A stretch of 32,000 nt of DNA from contig PBAU01000009.1 in assembly GCA_002716355.1 (NCBI GenBank), positions 26,953 to 58,952 on the forward strand, read 5' to 3'. Each line of letters opens with the position of its first letter. The first letter of the stretch is position 1. The notes under the pieces are model-generated. The model was not told the origin of the DNA. It saw only the letters and a list, made by a program, of their open reading frames with translations, and made no database searches. A program made the translations under genes and the position numbers. This document shows positions 1-8,031 of this stretch, piece by piece. The stretch comes from a bacterium. Lineage in GTDB: Bacteria > UBP7 > UBA6624.

Positions 1-1218
1 AGAGATCAGTTGCAAAGTCTAAATTGGAGCCATGATGTTGTGGATGTCTTCACATCACTAGAAAGAACTAATGATGTTTTTTATCTTGATGATGTAACCA
101 ATCATGGTTGGAGTTACATTGTTCTTTTGGAGAATCCTTTAAATGGGGACCCATGGGATTTAATGGATACGAATGAGTTAAAAGAAAAAAAATTAGGACC
201 TATGCCTTTTGTTGGAGGTTTAGTTGGCTGGCTTTCTTATGGATTAAACAAGGGTGAAAATTGGAACAATCCGAAAAAACACCCAAATCAACCATTGTTT
301 TCTCTTTTTGAAACTCGTTATCTTCTTTGTTTTCACAAGGATCATGGATGGTGGACTAATTCAATTTCAAGATTTAAAGATCTAAAAGTTCAAAAAAAAT
401 TGAAAAATACACCTTTTGGAAACATGTATCCATCAATTAGTTTTAATGAATATGTTAATGAAATCAACCTTATAAAGAAAATGATTACTAAAGGGGAGAT
501 GTATGAAGCAAATTTCACTTTCAAATTAAAAGGAGAGATGCAGGATAGTTTGGATTTGTATTTGAAATTTAGAGAAAATTGTAAAACAAGCTTATGTTGC
601 TTTGTGAAAAACCAGGATTTGATCATTGGTTCCGGATCCCCTGAACTTTTTTTGTCCTGTTCTGATGATTTTTATTTTTCTGAACCGATGAAAGGCACTG
701 CTGGTTTTTCTGGTGTTGATTTAGCTAATGACAAAAAAGAAAGAAGTGAATTGGCTATTGTTGTAGATCTAGTGAGAAATGATTTTTATAAATGTTGTAA
801 CTTTGATAGTGTAAATGTTTCTGATGAATCTTTAATTAAAGAATACCCAACACTTAAGCAGGCAGTTGCAAGAGTGTCTGGAACTAAACGTGACGGTGTT
901 AAAAAATGGGAAATGATTAAATCATTGTTACCTTCAGGTTCTGTTAGTGGTGCTCCAAGATCACGCGTTATTCCTCATCTTGATGCAGTCGAAAAGGGTT
1001 CTAGGGGTATTTACTGTGGTGCAATGGGCTGGTGGGCTTATGGCGGTGATTTTAAGCTTTCACTGCCTATTAGAACCTTTGTTGCTCATGGCAAGAATCT
1101 TGAATATAACGTTGGAAGTGGAATAACCTGGCGTAGCGATCCGGAAAAAGAATGGGAAGAATGCAAAATAAAAGCTAATTGTCTAAATGAATCCTTTAAA
1201 GGTGTGATTGCATGGTAA
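1..1218 (+). CDS. pabB: Aminodeoxychorismate synthase component I (PabB-type chorismate-binding enzyme). The frame is open to the window edge, so the 5' end may lie just upstream; the first candidate start is TTG at 10.
   Basis: Track ORF 10..1218. PMKGT motif (PabB-type Lys). C-terminal SGAPRSRV...EKGSRGIYCGAMGWW chorismate-binding signature. No stop between position 1 and 10 in this frame. 7-nt ATGGTAA overlap with the next gene. Confidence 0.75.
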   Translation, partial: RDQLQSLNWSHDVVDVFTSLERTNDVFYLDDVTNHGWSYIVLLENPLNGDPWDLMDTNELKEKKLGPMPFVGGLVGWLSYGLNKGENWNNPKKHPNQPLFSLFETRYLLCFHKDHGWWTNSISRFKDLKVQKKLKNTPFGNMYPSISFNEYVNEINLIKKMITKGEMYEANFTFKLKGEMQDSLDLYLKFRENCKTSLCCFVKNQDLIIGSGSPELFLSCSDDFYFSEPMKGTAGFSGVDLANDKKERSELAIVVDLVRNDFYKCCNFDSVNVSDESLIKEYPTLKQAVARVSGTKRDGVKKWEMIKSLLPSGSVSGAPRSRVIPHLDAVEKGSRGIYCGAMGWWAYGGDFKLSLPIRTFVAHGKNLEYNVGSGITWRSDPEKEWEECKIKANCLNESFKGVIAW

Positions 1219-1922
1219 ATTCTTTTATTTGGTCTGGTGATCATTGGAAAAAAGGCGATTTTGATTTTTTGTCGTTATCGGATAGAGAAGGTGTATATGA
1301 AACCTTTTTAATAAGGGATGGGTTAATTCAGAATAAAAATTTACATTTCGAAAGGTTTATTGCTGGATGTAGGTTTTTAAATTTACCAGAATCTTTAGGT
1401 CCTGATATACCTGAAAATTTAAATGGAGAGTGGACTTTAAGATGGGCCAGATGGCATGGCTGTCCTGCTGGAAATATTGCTCATTTATGGGAAGGCACCC
1501 TTCAGCCAAAAAAAAATCAAATAAATGTTGGATTGGTTTCAGTTAGAAGTGTTCCCAAAGTTCCAGAATTAAAAGTGAAACACCTTGCTTTGCTTAAGCG
1601 AGTCAAATTAAAACAAAGTCTAAAAAAAGAATATGGTTGGGATGATTACCTCATTGTCGATCAAGACAAGATTTTAGAAGGAAGTAATTGGGGTTTTATG
1701 ATTTTAATGAATGGGAAATGGATCATTCCGCATTTTAAAAAAGGTTTATTGCAAAGCACAACTTTAACAAAAATTTTAAATGAAGGTGAATTTGAAGGTG
1801 TTAATGTGGTTCAGGATGATATAAATTTATCTGATTTAAAAAAAGCTAATTCTCTAAAGGGTCCATCATCTTCAGGTTTCAGAAATTTAAATATAGTTTC
1901 GGACAAGGTTGTTGATTTTTAA
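1212..1922 (+). CDS. pabC: Aminodeoxychorismate lyase-like protein (class IV aminotransferase fold)
   Basis: N-terminal GVYETFLIRDG motif typical of the PabC/IlvE fold. Its start overlaps the pabB stop. At 236 aa it is slightly short for PabC. Confidence 0.6.
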   Translation: MVNSFIWSGDHWKKGDFDFLSLSDREGVYETFLIRDGLIQNKNLHFERFIAGCRFLNLPESLGPDIPENLNGEWTLRWARWHGCPAGNIAHLWEGTLQPKKNQINVGLVSVRSVPKVPELKVKHLALLKRVKLKQSLKKEYGWDDYLIVDQDKILEGSNWGFMILMNGKWIIPHFKKGLLQSTTLTKILNEGEFEGVNVVQDDINLSDLKKANSLKGPSSSGFRNLNIVSDKVVDF

Positions 1923-1934
1923 TTTAATCAACAG
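1908..1934. terminator. Weak AT-rich hairpin spanning the two convergent stop codons of pabC and hflC; a possible bidirectional terminator-like element
   Basis: GTTGATT (1911-1917) pairs with AATCAAC (1926-1932), with an 8-nt loop and one extra T-A pair outside. No U-tract follows on either strand. Confidence 0.2.
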
Positions 1935-2865
1935 TTCTCTTGAACTCTTTGCCGTCTATAAGATCGTAAAAAGCACCTTCGTTTGTCAGTATTAGAGATA
2001 AATTTTGACCAGTCATGTTTTCATATATTGCTAAAAGTTTCCAGAATCTGTAGAATTCAGGGCTCTTTTCATAAGCATCAGCATAAATTTGTGTTGCCGA
2101 AGCGTCAGCTTCACCTTTAATTTGTTCAGCAGCACTGTAAGCTTCAGACTGTATTGAAAGTAATTCTTTTTCCATGTCACCCATTATTTTTGCGGCTTCA
2201 CCTTGACCTTCAGATTTGAATTTTTCAGCGATTCTTTCTCTTTCAGAAATCATTCTTGAAAAAACTGTTTTTTGAACTGATTCAACATAATTCAAATGTT
2301 TGATTCTTATATCTATTAATTCGATTCCGAATGATAAGACGCTGGGTTTTGATTGCTCTAATATTAAGTTTTCTAAACCATCTCTGCCTAACTTCAAATC
2401 AATTAAAAATTCTGGAGCAATTTGAACGTCTTCTCCTAAGTTGTCTGTAGCAATTTCACTTCTGTCAGTTGACCTAACTGTTTCTATCAAGTCATAACCT
2501 GTAATAACATTCCTAACAACAGAATCCAATATATCATCTAATCTTGATTGTGCTCCTCTTTCATCAACAACAGACTGGAAGAATAAAAGAGGATCTGTTA
2601 TTTTCCATCTTGCCACCGTGTCAACAAAGATGAATGTTTTATCTAATGTTGGAACCTGCTCAGGGAATCCATCCCATTCGAGAATCTGATCACTAAATCT
2701 ATTTGCCTTTTGGATGAAAGGTATCTTGAAATATAAGCCAGGTTGTGAGTTTGTGTCGCCGACAGGCTCTCCAAACTGCGTGATAATGACCTGTTCTGTT
2801 TCGTCCACTATGTAAAGAGAAGAAAGACCTATAGCGAAAAATATAATCAACCAAAGTTTTTTCAT
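1924..2865 (-). CDS. hflC: HflC, SPFH/band-7 membrane protease modulator
   Basis: N-terminal TM helix followed by an SPFH domain. Lies immediately downstream of hflK with an ATGA overlap (2862-2865). Confidence 0.8.
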   Translation of the reverse strand: MKKLWLIIFFAIGLSSLYIVDETEQVIITQFGEPVGDTNSQPGLYFKIPFIQKANRFSDQILEWDGFPEQVPTLDKTFIFVDTVARWKITDPLLFFQSVVDERGAQSRLDDILDSVVRNVITGYDLIETVRSTDRSEIATDNLGEDVQIAPEFLIDLKLGRDGLENLILEQSKPSVLSFGIELIDIRIKHLNYVESVQKTVFSRMISERERIAEKFKSEGQGEAAKIMGDMEKELLSIQSEAYSAAEQIKGEADASATQIYADAYEKSPEFYRFWKLLAIYENMTGQNLSLILTNEGAFYDLIDGKEFKRTVD

Positions 2866-3857
2866 TGTTTTTCTTCTCCAAGGTTTAAGAATGGAAGGAC
2901 TCCATTTAAATCTCCATCAATCACTATGATTTTAGATATCTTTGTGATGAGTTCTTCCATTGCTTCTAGATAAAGTCTTATCTCTGTAACCTCTTGTGCT
3001 TTTTCCCATGCTTCTCGAACCTGATCAAATCTTGAAGCATCACCTCTTGCCTCGTTGACTCTTTTTGTTGCATAACCTTCAGCTTCTGAAATTAATTTAG
3101 CTGCTTGACCTCTAGCTAATGGAACTCTTTGGTTGTATTCCTGCCTTGCTTGGTTTATTGTTGTTTCTTTTTGCTGTATTGCTTCATTGACTTCATTAAA
3201 TGCATCTTTGACTGATGGAGGAGGGTTAACATCTTGAAGCTGTATTAGATCAATCGATATTCCAGAATCATAAAGATCCATAAAGTTTTGAAGGCTTTCT
3301 TTAACTTCAATTTGTATTTCATCCCTGCCGCTAGTCAGGACTTCATCAACTAATCTATCACCTATTGCTTTCCTCATCGAAACTTCAGATAGGTCTCTAA
3401 GTGTTTCTTTAGGATTTCTAACATTGAAAAGGTATTTTTTTGGATCTGATATGCGATATTGAACAACCCATTGAACATCGGCTACATTTAAATCACCAGT
3501 TAGCATGATCCTTACTTGGTCAAATCCTTTATTGTTGTATTCACTTCTCACTCCAGATTTAACTGTCCTGAATCCAAATTCTTCTTTAAGTTGTTCTCTT
3601 GTTGGGACAAGTACAACTGTTTCTAATGGTGCCGGTAATTTGAAATTCAAGCCAGGATTTGCTGTTCTTGAGAATTTTCCAAACTGTCTAACAACACCTG
3701 TTTCTTGTGGGCTAACTTGATATATGGTTGTTGAGATTGCCCAGAAGACAATAACCCATGTGAAAAAAACCTTAAGCCATTTTTCAGCTTTCTCTTTTAC
3801 TGGACCCATATTTATTCCAGAGTCATTAAACATGTCTTCAATTTCTATTTTTGCCAT
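2862..3857 (-). CDS. hflK: HflK, SPFH/band-7 membrane protease modulator
   Basis: TM helix (VFFTWVIVFWAISTTIY), an SPFH domain, and a coiled C-terminal region with the EAEGY...RV..A.GDA.RF pattern typical of HflK. Shows the classic hflK-hflC order. Confidence 0.8.
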   Translation of the reverse strand: MAKIEIEDMFNDSGINMGPVKEKAEKWLKVFFTWVIVFWAISTTIYQVSPQETGVVRQFGKFSRTANPGLNFKLPAPLETVVLVPTREQLKEEFGFRTVKSGVRSEYNNKGFDQVRIMLTGDLNVADVQWVVQYRISDPKKYLFNVRNPKETLRDLSEVSMRKAIGDRLVDEVLTSGRDEIQIEVKESLQNFMDLYDSGISIDLIQLQDVNPPPSVKDAFNEVNEAIQQKETTINQARQEYNQRVPLARGQAAKLISEAEGYATKRVNEARGDASRFDQVREAWEKAQEVTEIRLYLEAMEELITKISKIIVIDGDLNGVLPFLNLGEEKQ

Positions 3858-3982
3858 ATTGCAAACTTAATTATAACACTTTGAAATTCAAGAAGATAAG
3901 TGTTTCCTTGTATGTTTTTTATGATTTTTTTAAGATTCTTCGCGCATAATGCATAACATGGGCCCGTTGCATGCGAACAAAA

Positions 3983-4051
3983 GGGGGGAACTATATATAG
4001 GGGGGTATTACTTTAGAGTTGGGGGGATGGCTTGGAAGGAGGGAAGAGGGG
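3983..4051. other. Cluster of G tracts: G6 at 3983-3988, 4000-4005 and 4021-4026, then GGAAGGAGGGAAGAGGGG. On the mqnC-sense (minus) strand this is C-rich and G-poor. Candidate Rho-utilisation region or G-quadruplex/i-motif element.
   Basis: Read directly from the sequence. It lies just 3' of the mqnC stop (4054-4056) in the only long protein-gene spacer of the window, and it contrasts sharply with the AT-rich background. Confidence 0.35.
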
Positions 4052-4053
4052 TT

Positions 4054-5202
4054 TTACAAAACAGGAATTGCAAACGGTGATTTTTTATTTGTTTCAGGCA
4101 TCGGGTACTCAACCCCATCGGAAAAAGTTCTCAATATGTCGTAATAAGTGTTTCTTTGAGCCGGCATCCTGCCTAAATCTCGAATCAGTCTAATGGCTTC
4201 GTTTGGATCAACTCGATAATGAACTCCTGTTGCGGCAATAACCTCTTCGCCAATTACAACTCCACCAAAATCATCAGCTCCATAATTCATTGCCATTTGG
4301 CATAATTTTGGACCATCTGTAACCCATCCAGCTTGAAGATGAGGTATGTTGTCCAACATCAACCTGCCCAAGGCAACATGTCGCAAATAGGCTTCTCCAC
4401 CTGGTGCTTTTAGATGCGTGAGCTCAGTGCCTCCTGGCTGGAATCCCCAGCATACAAAAGCTGTAAATCCATTTGTTTCATCTTGTAGTTCCCTAAGGAC
4501 ATTGAAATGCTCCATTTTTTCCATGGCGCTTTCACCAAAGCCATAAGTCATTGTGCAGCTGGATGGAATCCCTTCCTCATGAGCTGACCTGTGTATATCC
4601 AGCCAAACATCACGACTGCTTCTAAGTGGAGATATTTCTTTTCTTACTCTATCAACTAGTATTTCTGCTCCAGCTCCTGGTAAAGACATGTATCCAGATT
4701 CTTTAAGCTCTGAAAAAACTTTATTGAAGCTCAACTTGTCTTTTTTGGCAATCCACTCTATTTCTGCTGATGAAAGGCTATGTATTTCAACATTAGGAAA
4801 TTTATCCCGTATTATTTCAAAAATATTTTTAAAATCTTTTAGTCTGTATCTTGGATTAACCCCACCTTGCATCAGCAATTGGGTACCTCCATAATCAACC
4901 AATTCTTGGACTCTTTCCAATATCTGTTCGATACTCAAGTCATAACCCTTTTTTGATTTTGGCAATTCATAAAAAGCACAAAATTTACAGAGGACATTAC
5001 AAATGTTTGAATAATTTAAAATCGTATCTACAACAAACGTACCTATGTTTCTCGGATTATGTCTCAATCTTGCTTTATTCGCAAGGAATCCCAAAAGGTT
5101 TAATGGTGCTTTCTCAAACAGTTCACAACCATGTTCTAATGTTAGCCTTTCATTGTTTTCAAATGTGTCTACAGCTTCCTTTATCAACGGTGTTATTTTC
5201 AT
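4054..5202 (-). CDS. mqnC: Radical-SAM menaquinone (futalosine pathway) enzyme, most likely MqnC (cyclic dehypoxanthinyl futalosine synthase)
   Basis: CNVLCKFC CxxxCxxC cluster. CofH/MqnC/MqnE family layout. FTAFVCWGFQPGGT segment, which I associate with MqnC rather than MqnE. ATGA overlap with mqnA. The family call is strong; the C-versus-E assignment is tentative. Confidence 0.65.
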   Translation of the reverse strand: MKITPLIKEAVDTFENNERLTLEHGCELFEKAPLNLLGFLANKARLRHNPRNIGTFVVDTILNYSNICNVLCKFCAFYELPKSKKGYDLSIEQILERVQELVDYGGTQLLMQGGVNPRYRLKDFKNIFEIIRDKFPNVEIHSLSSAEIEWIAKKDKLSFNKVFSELKESGYMSLPGAGAEILVDRVRKEISPLRSSRDVWLDIHRSAHEEGIPSSCTMTYGFGESAMEKMEHFNVLRELQDETNGFTAFVCWGFQPGGTELTHLKAPGGEAYLRHVALGRLMLDNIPHLQAGWVTDGPKLCQMAMNYGADDFGGVVIGEEVIAATGVHYRVDPNEAIRLIRDLGRMPAQRNTYYDILRTFSDGVEYPMPETNKKSPFAIPVL

Positions 5203-5981
5203 TTTTTACTATCGTATCTTTCTTTTGAAATTATAGGTCTTGTTAATTCTTTAAATATATTCCAACCTTGAAGGATTTTCTTTTCCAATTTAACCTCGTA
5301 ACATTCAAGATATTGTTTTGCTGTTTTTTTATTTACTCCTGAAGAAATCATTATGGATTCTTTGATTTTGTCAATGTTTTTTTTGCCCCAAGTGTATGAA
5401 CAAAATAGCTTTTTATCGATTTCATTTTTGTATTTTTCTGCTTTTGATCCTTTTTTGACACACCAGAAGGCATAAGGTATTGATGTTCCAGTCATCTCAT
5501 GCCAAACTAAACCTAAATCTTCAAAGAAAGCGTATTTACCATCTTGGTACCACCTTAAAGCTTTATCGCCTATACAAAGAACTGCTTCTGAGGATCTTGG
5601 ATCATCCGCATGTATCAATTTTGGATAATGTTTAAATTTTTCCTTCCATATTGCTTTCAGTAATAATGGACTTGTTACCCCGCTTGATAAATCTCTAATT
5701 CTGCATTCTTTCAACTCTTTCCATGGACGATCGCTAAAAATTCCTACACTCATGACCGGACCCGAAGAAGATATGCCCCATGACCTTAAGGGTATTGCTT
5801 TTGAGTTTGATATTATGGCTCCAGCAGACAGCAAACCTGTTTCGAATTTTTCTTTCTTCCAGTCCTTTTCAACTTCAACAGGTCTTTTTGTGAAAAATTC
5901 AAAATCATGTTCAATTTTGTTTCTTTCTAATGCTAATGTCAAAGGGTATCTGTTTCCAAATCCAATAAGGCTTGTCTTCAT
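5199..5981 (-). CDS. mqnA: Chorismate dehydratase MqnA (VitK2_biosynth family)
   Basis: GPVMSVGIFS, SGVTSPLLLKAIW, VLCIGDKAL and DLGLVWHEMTGTSIPYAFW match the MqnA pattern (V.SV..., S.TS..L, LIGD.AL, DLG..W...TGLP.V.A.W). Operonic with mqnC. Confidence 0.75.
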   Translation of the reverse strand: MKTSLIGFGNRYPLTLALERNKIEHDFEFFTKRPVEVEKDWKKEKFETGLLSAGAIISNSKAIPLRSWGISSSGPVMSVGIFSDRPWKELKECRIRDLSSGVTSPLLLKAIWKEKFKHYPKLIHADDPRSSEAVLCIGDKALRWYQDGKYAFFEDLGLVWHEMTGTSIPYAFWCVKKGSKAEKYKNEIDKKLFCSYTWGKKNIDKIKESIMISSGVNKKTAKQYLECYEVKLEKKILQGWNIFKELTRPIISKERYDSKK

Positions 5982-5987
5982 GCTTTG

Positions 5988-6017
5988 ATTATATTTTTTC
6001 TATGTCTAGAATATAAG
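5988..6017. promoter_or_regulatory. Back-to-back -10-like hexamers in the 41-bp divergent mqnA/Sel1 spacer
   Basis: Minus-strand TATAAT (5993-5988) lies 6 nt before the mqnA ATG (5981). Plus-strand TAGAAT (6007-6012) and TATAAG (6012-6017) lie 10 and 5 nt before the ATG at 6023. No Shine-Dalgarno sequence fits in either gap. Confidence 0.35.
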
Positions 6018-6022
6018 TAAAG

Positions 6023-6676
6023 ATGAAAAGAAAAGAGGCTGTTTTTTTAAAAATGAAAGCTTCTAGCGGTTGTTTGCATTCACAAGTTGAGCTAGGCAGA
6101 GCTTTTTTGTTTGGGGAGGGTTTTTCTCAAAGCTTTAAAGATGCTGAATTCTGGTTAAGAAAATCATACGAAGAAGGTAGCCTAGAGGGCGCTTATCAAT
6201 TGGCAATGTTTTTAAAAAGGTCGATTGGCAATAAAGAGAAAAATAATGAAGCTTTTCAGGTTCTTTATCATGCTGCTAGCTTAGGCCATGTTAAAAGCCA
6301 GAGAAGGTTAGCAAGATGTTTTTTGAATGGTTCTGGAACAGAGGAAAATCAAGCTGAAGCTGCTTGGTGGTTTTTTGTTTCAGGTCTTTTAGGCGATCGT
6401 GATTCAAGGTTTATGCTAGGCAGGATGTTTGAGCTTGGGCAAGGTGTTGATCCTGATTCAGATGAATCTGTTTATTGGTATGAGCTTGCTGCTGAGAATG
6501 GAGATGTTGATGCTCAGTTCCTTCTTGCAAAAATTTTATTCAATAAAGGCTTTATCGAAGATTCTGAAAGATGGTTTAAATCGGCAAGAAGAGCTGGAGA
6601 CAAAGAGGCCGTTAAGGAGTTGAAAAAAATAAAAGAAATAAAGGAGAGTGAAATTGATGAAAATTACAAATACTGA
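6023..6676 (+). CDS. Sel1-like repeat (SLR/TPR-like) protein
   Basis: Repeated A..W..KAA..G..AQ..LG..Y..G pattern, for example AEFWLRKSYEEGSLEGAYQLAMF, AAWWFFVSGLLGDRDSRFMLGRMFELGQGV and VYWYELAAENGDVDAQFLLAKILF. Confidence 0.8.
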   Translation: MKRKEAVFLKMKASSGCLHSQVELGRAFLFGEGFSQSFKDAEFWLRKSYEEGSLEGAYQLAMFLKRSIGNKEKNNEAFQVLYHAASLGHVKSQRRLARCFLNGSGTEENQAEAAWWFFVSGLLGDRDSRFMLGRMFELGQGVDPDSDESVYWYELAAENGDVDAQFLLAKILFNKGFIEDSERWFKSARRAGDKEAVKELKKIKEIKESEIDENYKY

Positions 6677-6980
6677 AGAAGTTCCCGGATACAAGGTTAT
6701 TGAAATTGTTGGACTAGTTGAAGGTTCAACAGTAAGAGCTAAGCATATAGGAAAAGACATAATGGCGGGGCTTAAGGGTATTACTGGCGGAGAGATGAAA
6801 GAATACACCGAGCTCTTAAATGAATCAAGGCAGGAAGCGGTGAAAAGAATGTCATTGAGAGCTGAAGCATTAGGGGCAAATGCCATACTTAATGTAAGGT
6901 TTTCAACATCAAGCGTTTCTCAAGGTGCTGCTGAATTGTTTGCATATGGCAGTGCTGCAATCGTGGAGAAGAATAGCTAA
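6657..6980 (+). CDS. ybjQ: YbjQ/UPF0145 family protein (putative heavy-metal-binding domain)
   Basis: MKITNTEEVPGYKVIEIVGLVEG...GGEMKEYTELLNESRQEA..RM...AEALGANAILNVRF...ELFAYGSAA matches the family along its full length. I prefer ATG 6657 (AAGGAG at 6641-6646, 10-nt spacer) over the track's GTG at 6648. Confidence 0.8.
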   Translation: MKITNTEEVPGYKVIEIVGLVEGSTVRAKHIGKDIMAGLKGITGGEMKEYTELLNESRQEAVKRMSLRAEALGANAILNVRFSTSSVSQGAAELFAYGSAAIVEKNS

Positions 6981-6984
6981 AGAG

Positions 6985-7446
6985 ATGTGGGAGATTCTTA
7001 GTCAGTTTTTATGGTTGATTTTCTGTTTTGTTTTTTGGCTGGCAGGAAAGATCAAAGAGCAAAAATATTTAAAATCATTGAGGGAAGAGGAGCCTGAATA
7101 TTCAGATATTCAAATTTTAAGCACAGTCGATTCAGCTAGTTCCTCAGAAGCTAAAGATTGTTGCTTGTGTTCAACCCAAGTTGTATTGGCAATAGACCCG
7201 GGCAAGCAAGTTATTGCTTGGATTTTGGGCATGGTTGGCGGAAAGATTGATGTTTACCAGAAGGTTTTGCATATGGCAAGACGTAAGGCGAAGCTTAATT
7301 TAAGAAAGCAGGCAAGAGAAAATAACTCAAGATTGATTATGAATTACAGGATGGAAACATCGAATATTTTTGCAAATAGTGGTAGCAGTGAAGGTCAAAG
7401 TAGTGCCGTTGAGGTTTTTGCATATGGAACTATTGTCAAGAGCTGA
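6985..7446 (+). CDS. Membrane-anchored divergent YbjQ-like protein
   Basis: The track ORF 6925..7446 overlaps ybjQ. ATG 6985 lies 4 nt after the ybjQ stop and yields a TM helix (ILSQFLWLIFCFVFWLAG). The C-terminal GGKIDVYQKVLHMARRKA...VEVFAYGTIV resembles the YbjQ core. Confidence 0.55.
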   Translation: MWEILSQFLWLIFCFVFWLAGKIKEQKYLKSLREEEPEYSDIQILSTVDSASSSEAKDCCLCSTQVVLAIDPGKQVIAWILGMVGGKIDVYQKVLHMARRKAKLNLRKQARENNSRLIMNYRMETSNIFANSGSSEGQSSAVEVFAYGTIVKS

Positions 7447-7464
7447 AGGACACACAATGATCAA

Positions 7465-8016
7465 ATGATTTTTTTTACAATTATGATGTTTGCGATGGCT
7501 TTGGATTCAAAGATAAAAGAACCTGATTACACCATTCTGCAAAAGGAAAAAAATATAGAAATCAGAGAGTATTCTGAATATGTAATTGCCAGAACGTCTG
7601 TAATCAAAGACGAAAACAGGAGCGATAATGGAATGTTTATGATTCTTGCCAATTACATTTTCGGTGGAAACAAAAAGAAAGAAAGCATCGCTATGACTGC
7701 TCCAGTTATAACAAAAGAAAATGATGAATCTTACGACATGGTTTTCTTTATGCTTGATGTTGATGAGGTTGATGAGTTGCCGAATCCAGATAGCAAAAAT
7801 GTCCATTTGGAAAGAATGAACCTAGGTAAAACTGTTGCTATAAGGTTTGGATGGTGGGCAACAAGATGGAACATCGAAAGGAATAGGAGAATTTTAGAGC
7901 GTTATATTGAGGAAAATGATTTAGAGGTTGTTTCTGAGATGATGGTTGCTCAATACAATTCACCTTGGGATTGGCCATTTCTTAGGAGAAATGACGTTAT
8001 TTTTCAAATTAAATAA
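7465..8016 (+). CDS. SOUL/HEBP-family haem-binding protein
   Basis: EPDYTILQKEKNIEIREY...FMILANYIFGGNKKKESIAMTAPV matches the SOUL signature (E.P.Y.v....yE.R.Y ... F..L..YI.G.N....I.MT.PV). Confidence 0.75.
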   Translation: MIFFTIMMFAMALDSKIKEPDYTILQKEKNIEIREYSEYVIARTSVIKDENRSDNGMFMILANYIFGGNKKKESIAMTAPVITKENDESYDMVFFMLDVDEVDELPNPDSKNVHLERMNLGKTVAIRFGWWATRWNIERNRRILERYIEENDLEVVSEMMVAQYNSPWDWPFLRRNDVIFQIK

Positions 8017-8031
8017 GATTGAAATCGATAC

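Noticed and set aside
390-626. Many 60-115-aa ORFs in the supplied track lie antisense to or nested within larger genes. Examples: 390..626, 2699..2881, 3505..3720, 4688..5236, 6536..6886, 7507..7806, 8248..8472, 8585..9214, 9858..10263, 16574..17388, 18043..18366, 20584..22296, 22379..23192, 24846..25185, 26877..28124, 29230..31559.
   Set aside because: Each is fully shadowed by a longer ORF with clear family signatures on the other strand or in another frame. Their translations are low-complexity (Phe/Leu/Ser/Ile-rich), as expected for antisense frames in AT-rich coding DNA. None has a recognisable motif or SD.
3912-3956. A 14-codon ORF (MFFMIFLRFFAHNA) in the hflK upstream spacer that could be a leader peptide.
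   Set aside because: It is on the strand opposite to both flanking genes, so it cannot act as an attenuation leader for either. It has no SD.
4037-4042. A strong AGGAGG on the plus strand inside the G-rich spacer, suggesting a hidden gene start.
   Set aside because: No ATG, GTG or TTG lies within 5-12 nt downstream; the nearest is a TTG about 25 nt away, inside antisense mqnC. The purine run is part of the G-rich block.
3960-4053. The GGAAGGA-containing G-rich segment as an SRP (4.5S) RNA or another structured housekeeping RNA.
   Set aside because: No complementary C-rich strand segments exist on the same strand to form the required helices. Only a superficial GGAAGG resemblance to the SRP domain IV loop was seen.
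3958-4080. A 40-aa Gly/Arg-rich ORF (MGPLHANKRGELYIGGYYFRVGGMAWKEGRGVLQNRNCKR) on the plus strand, running across the G-tract spacer into the mqnC 3' end.
   Set aside because: It has no SD or promoter-like signal upstream. Its composition is simply the G6 tracts read as GGG codons, and it overlaps mqnC antisense. The G tracts are better treated as a nucleic-acid-level feature.
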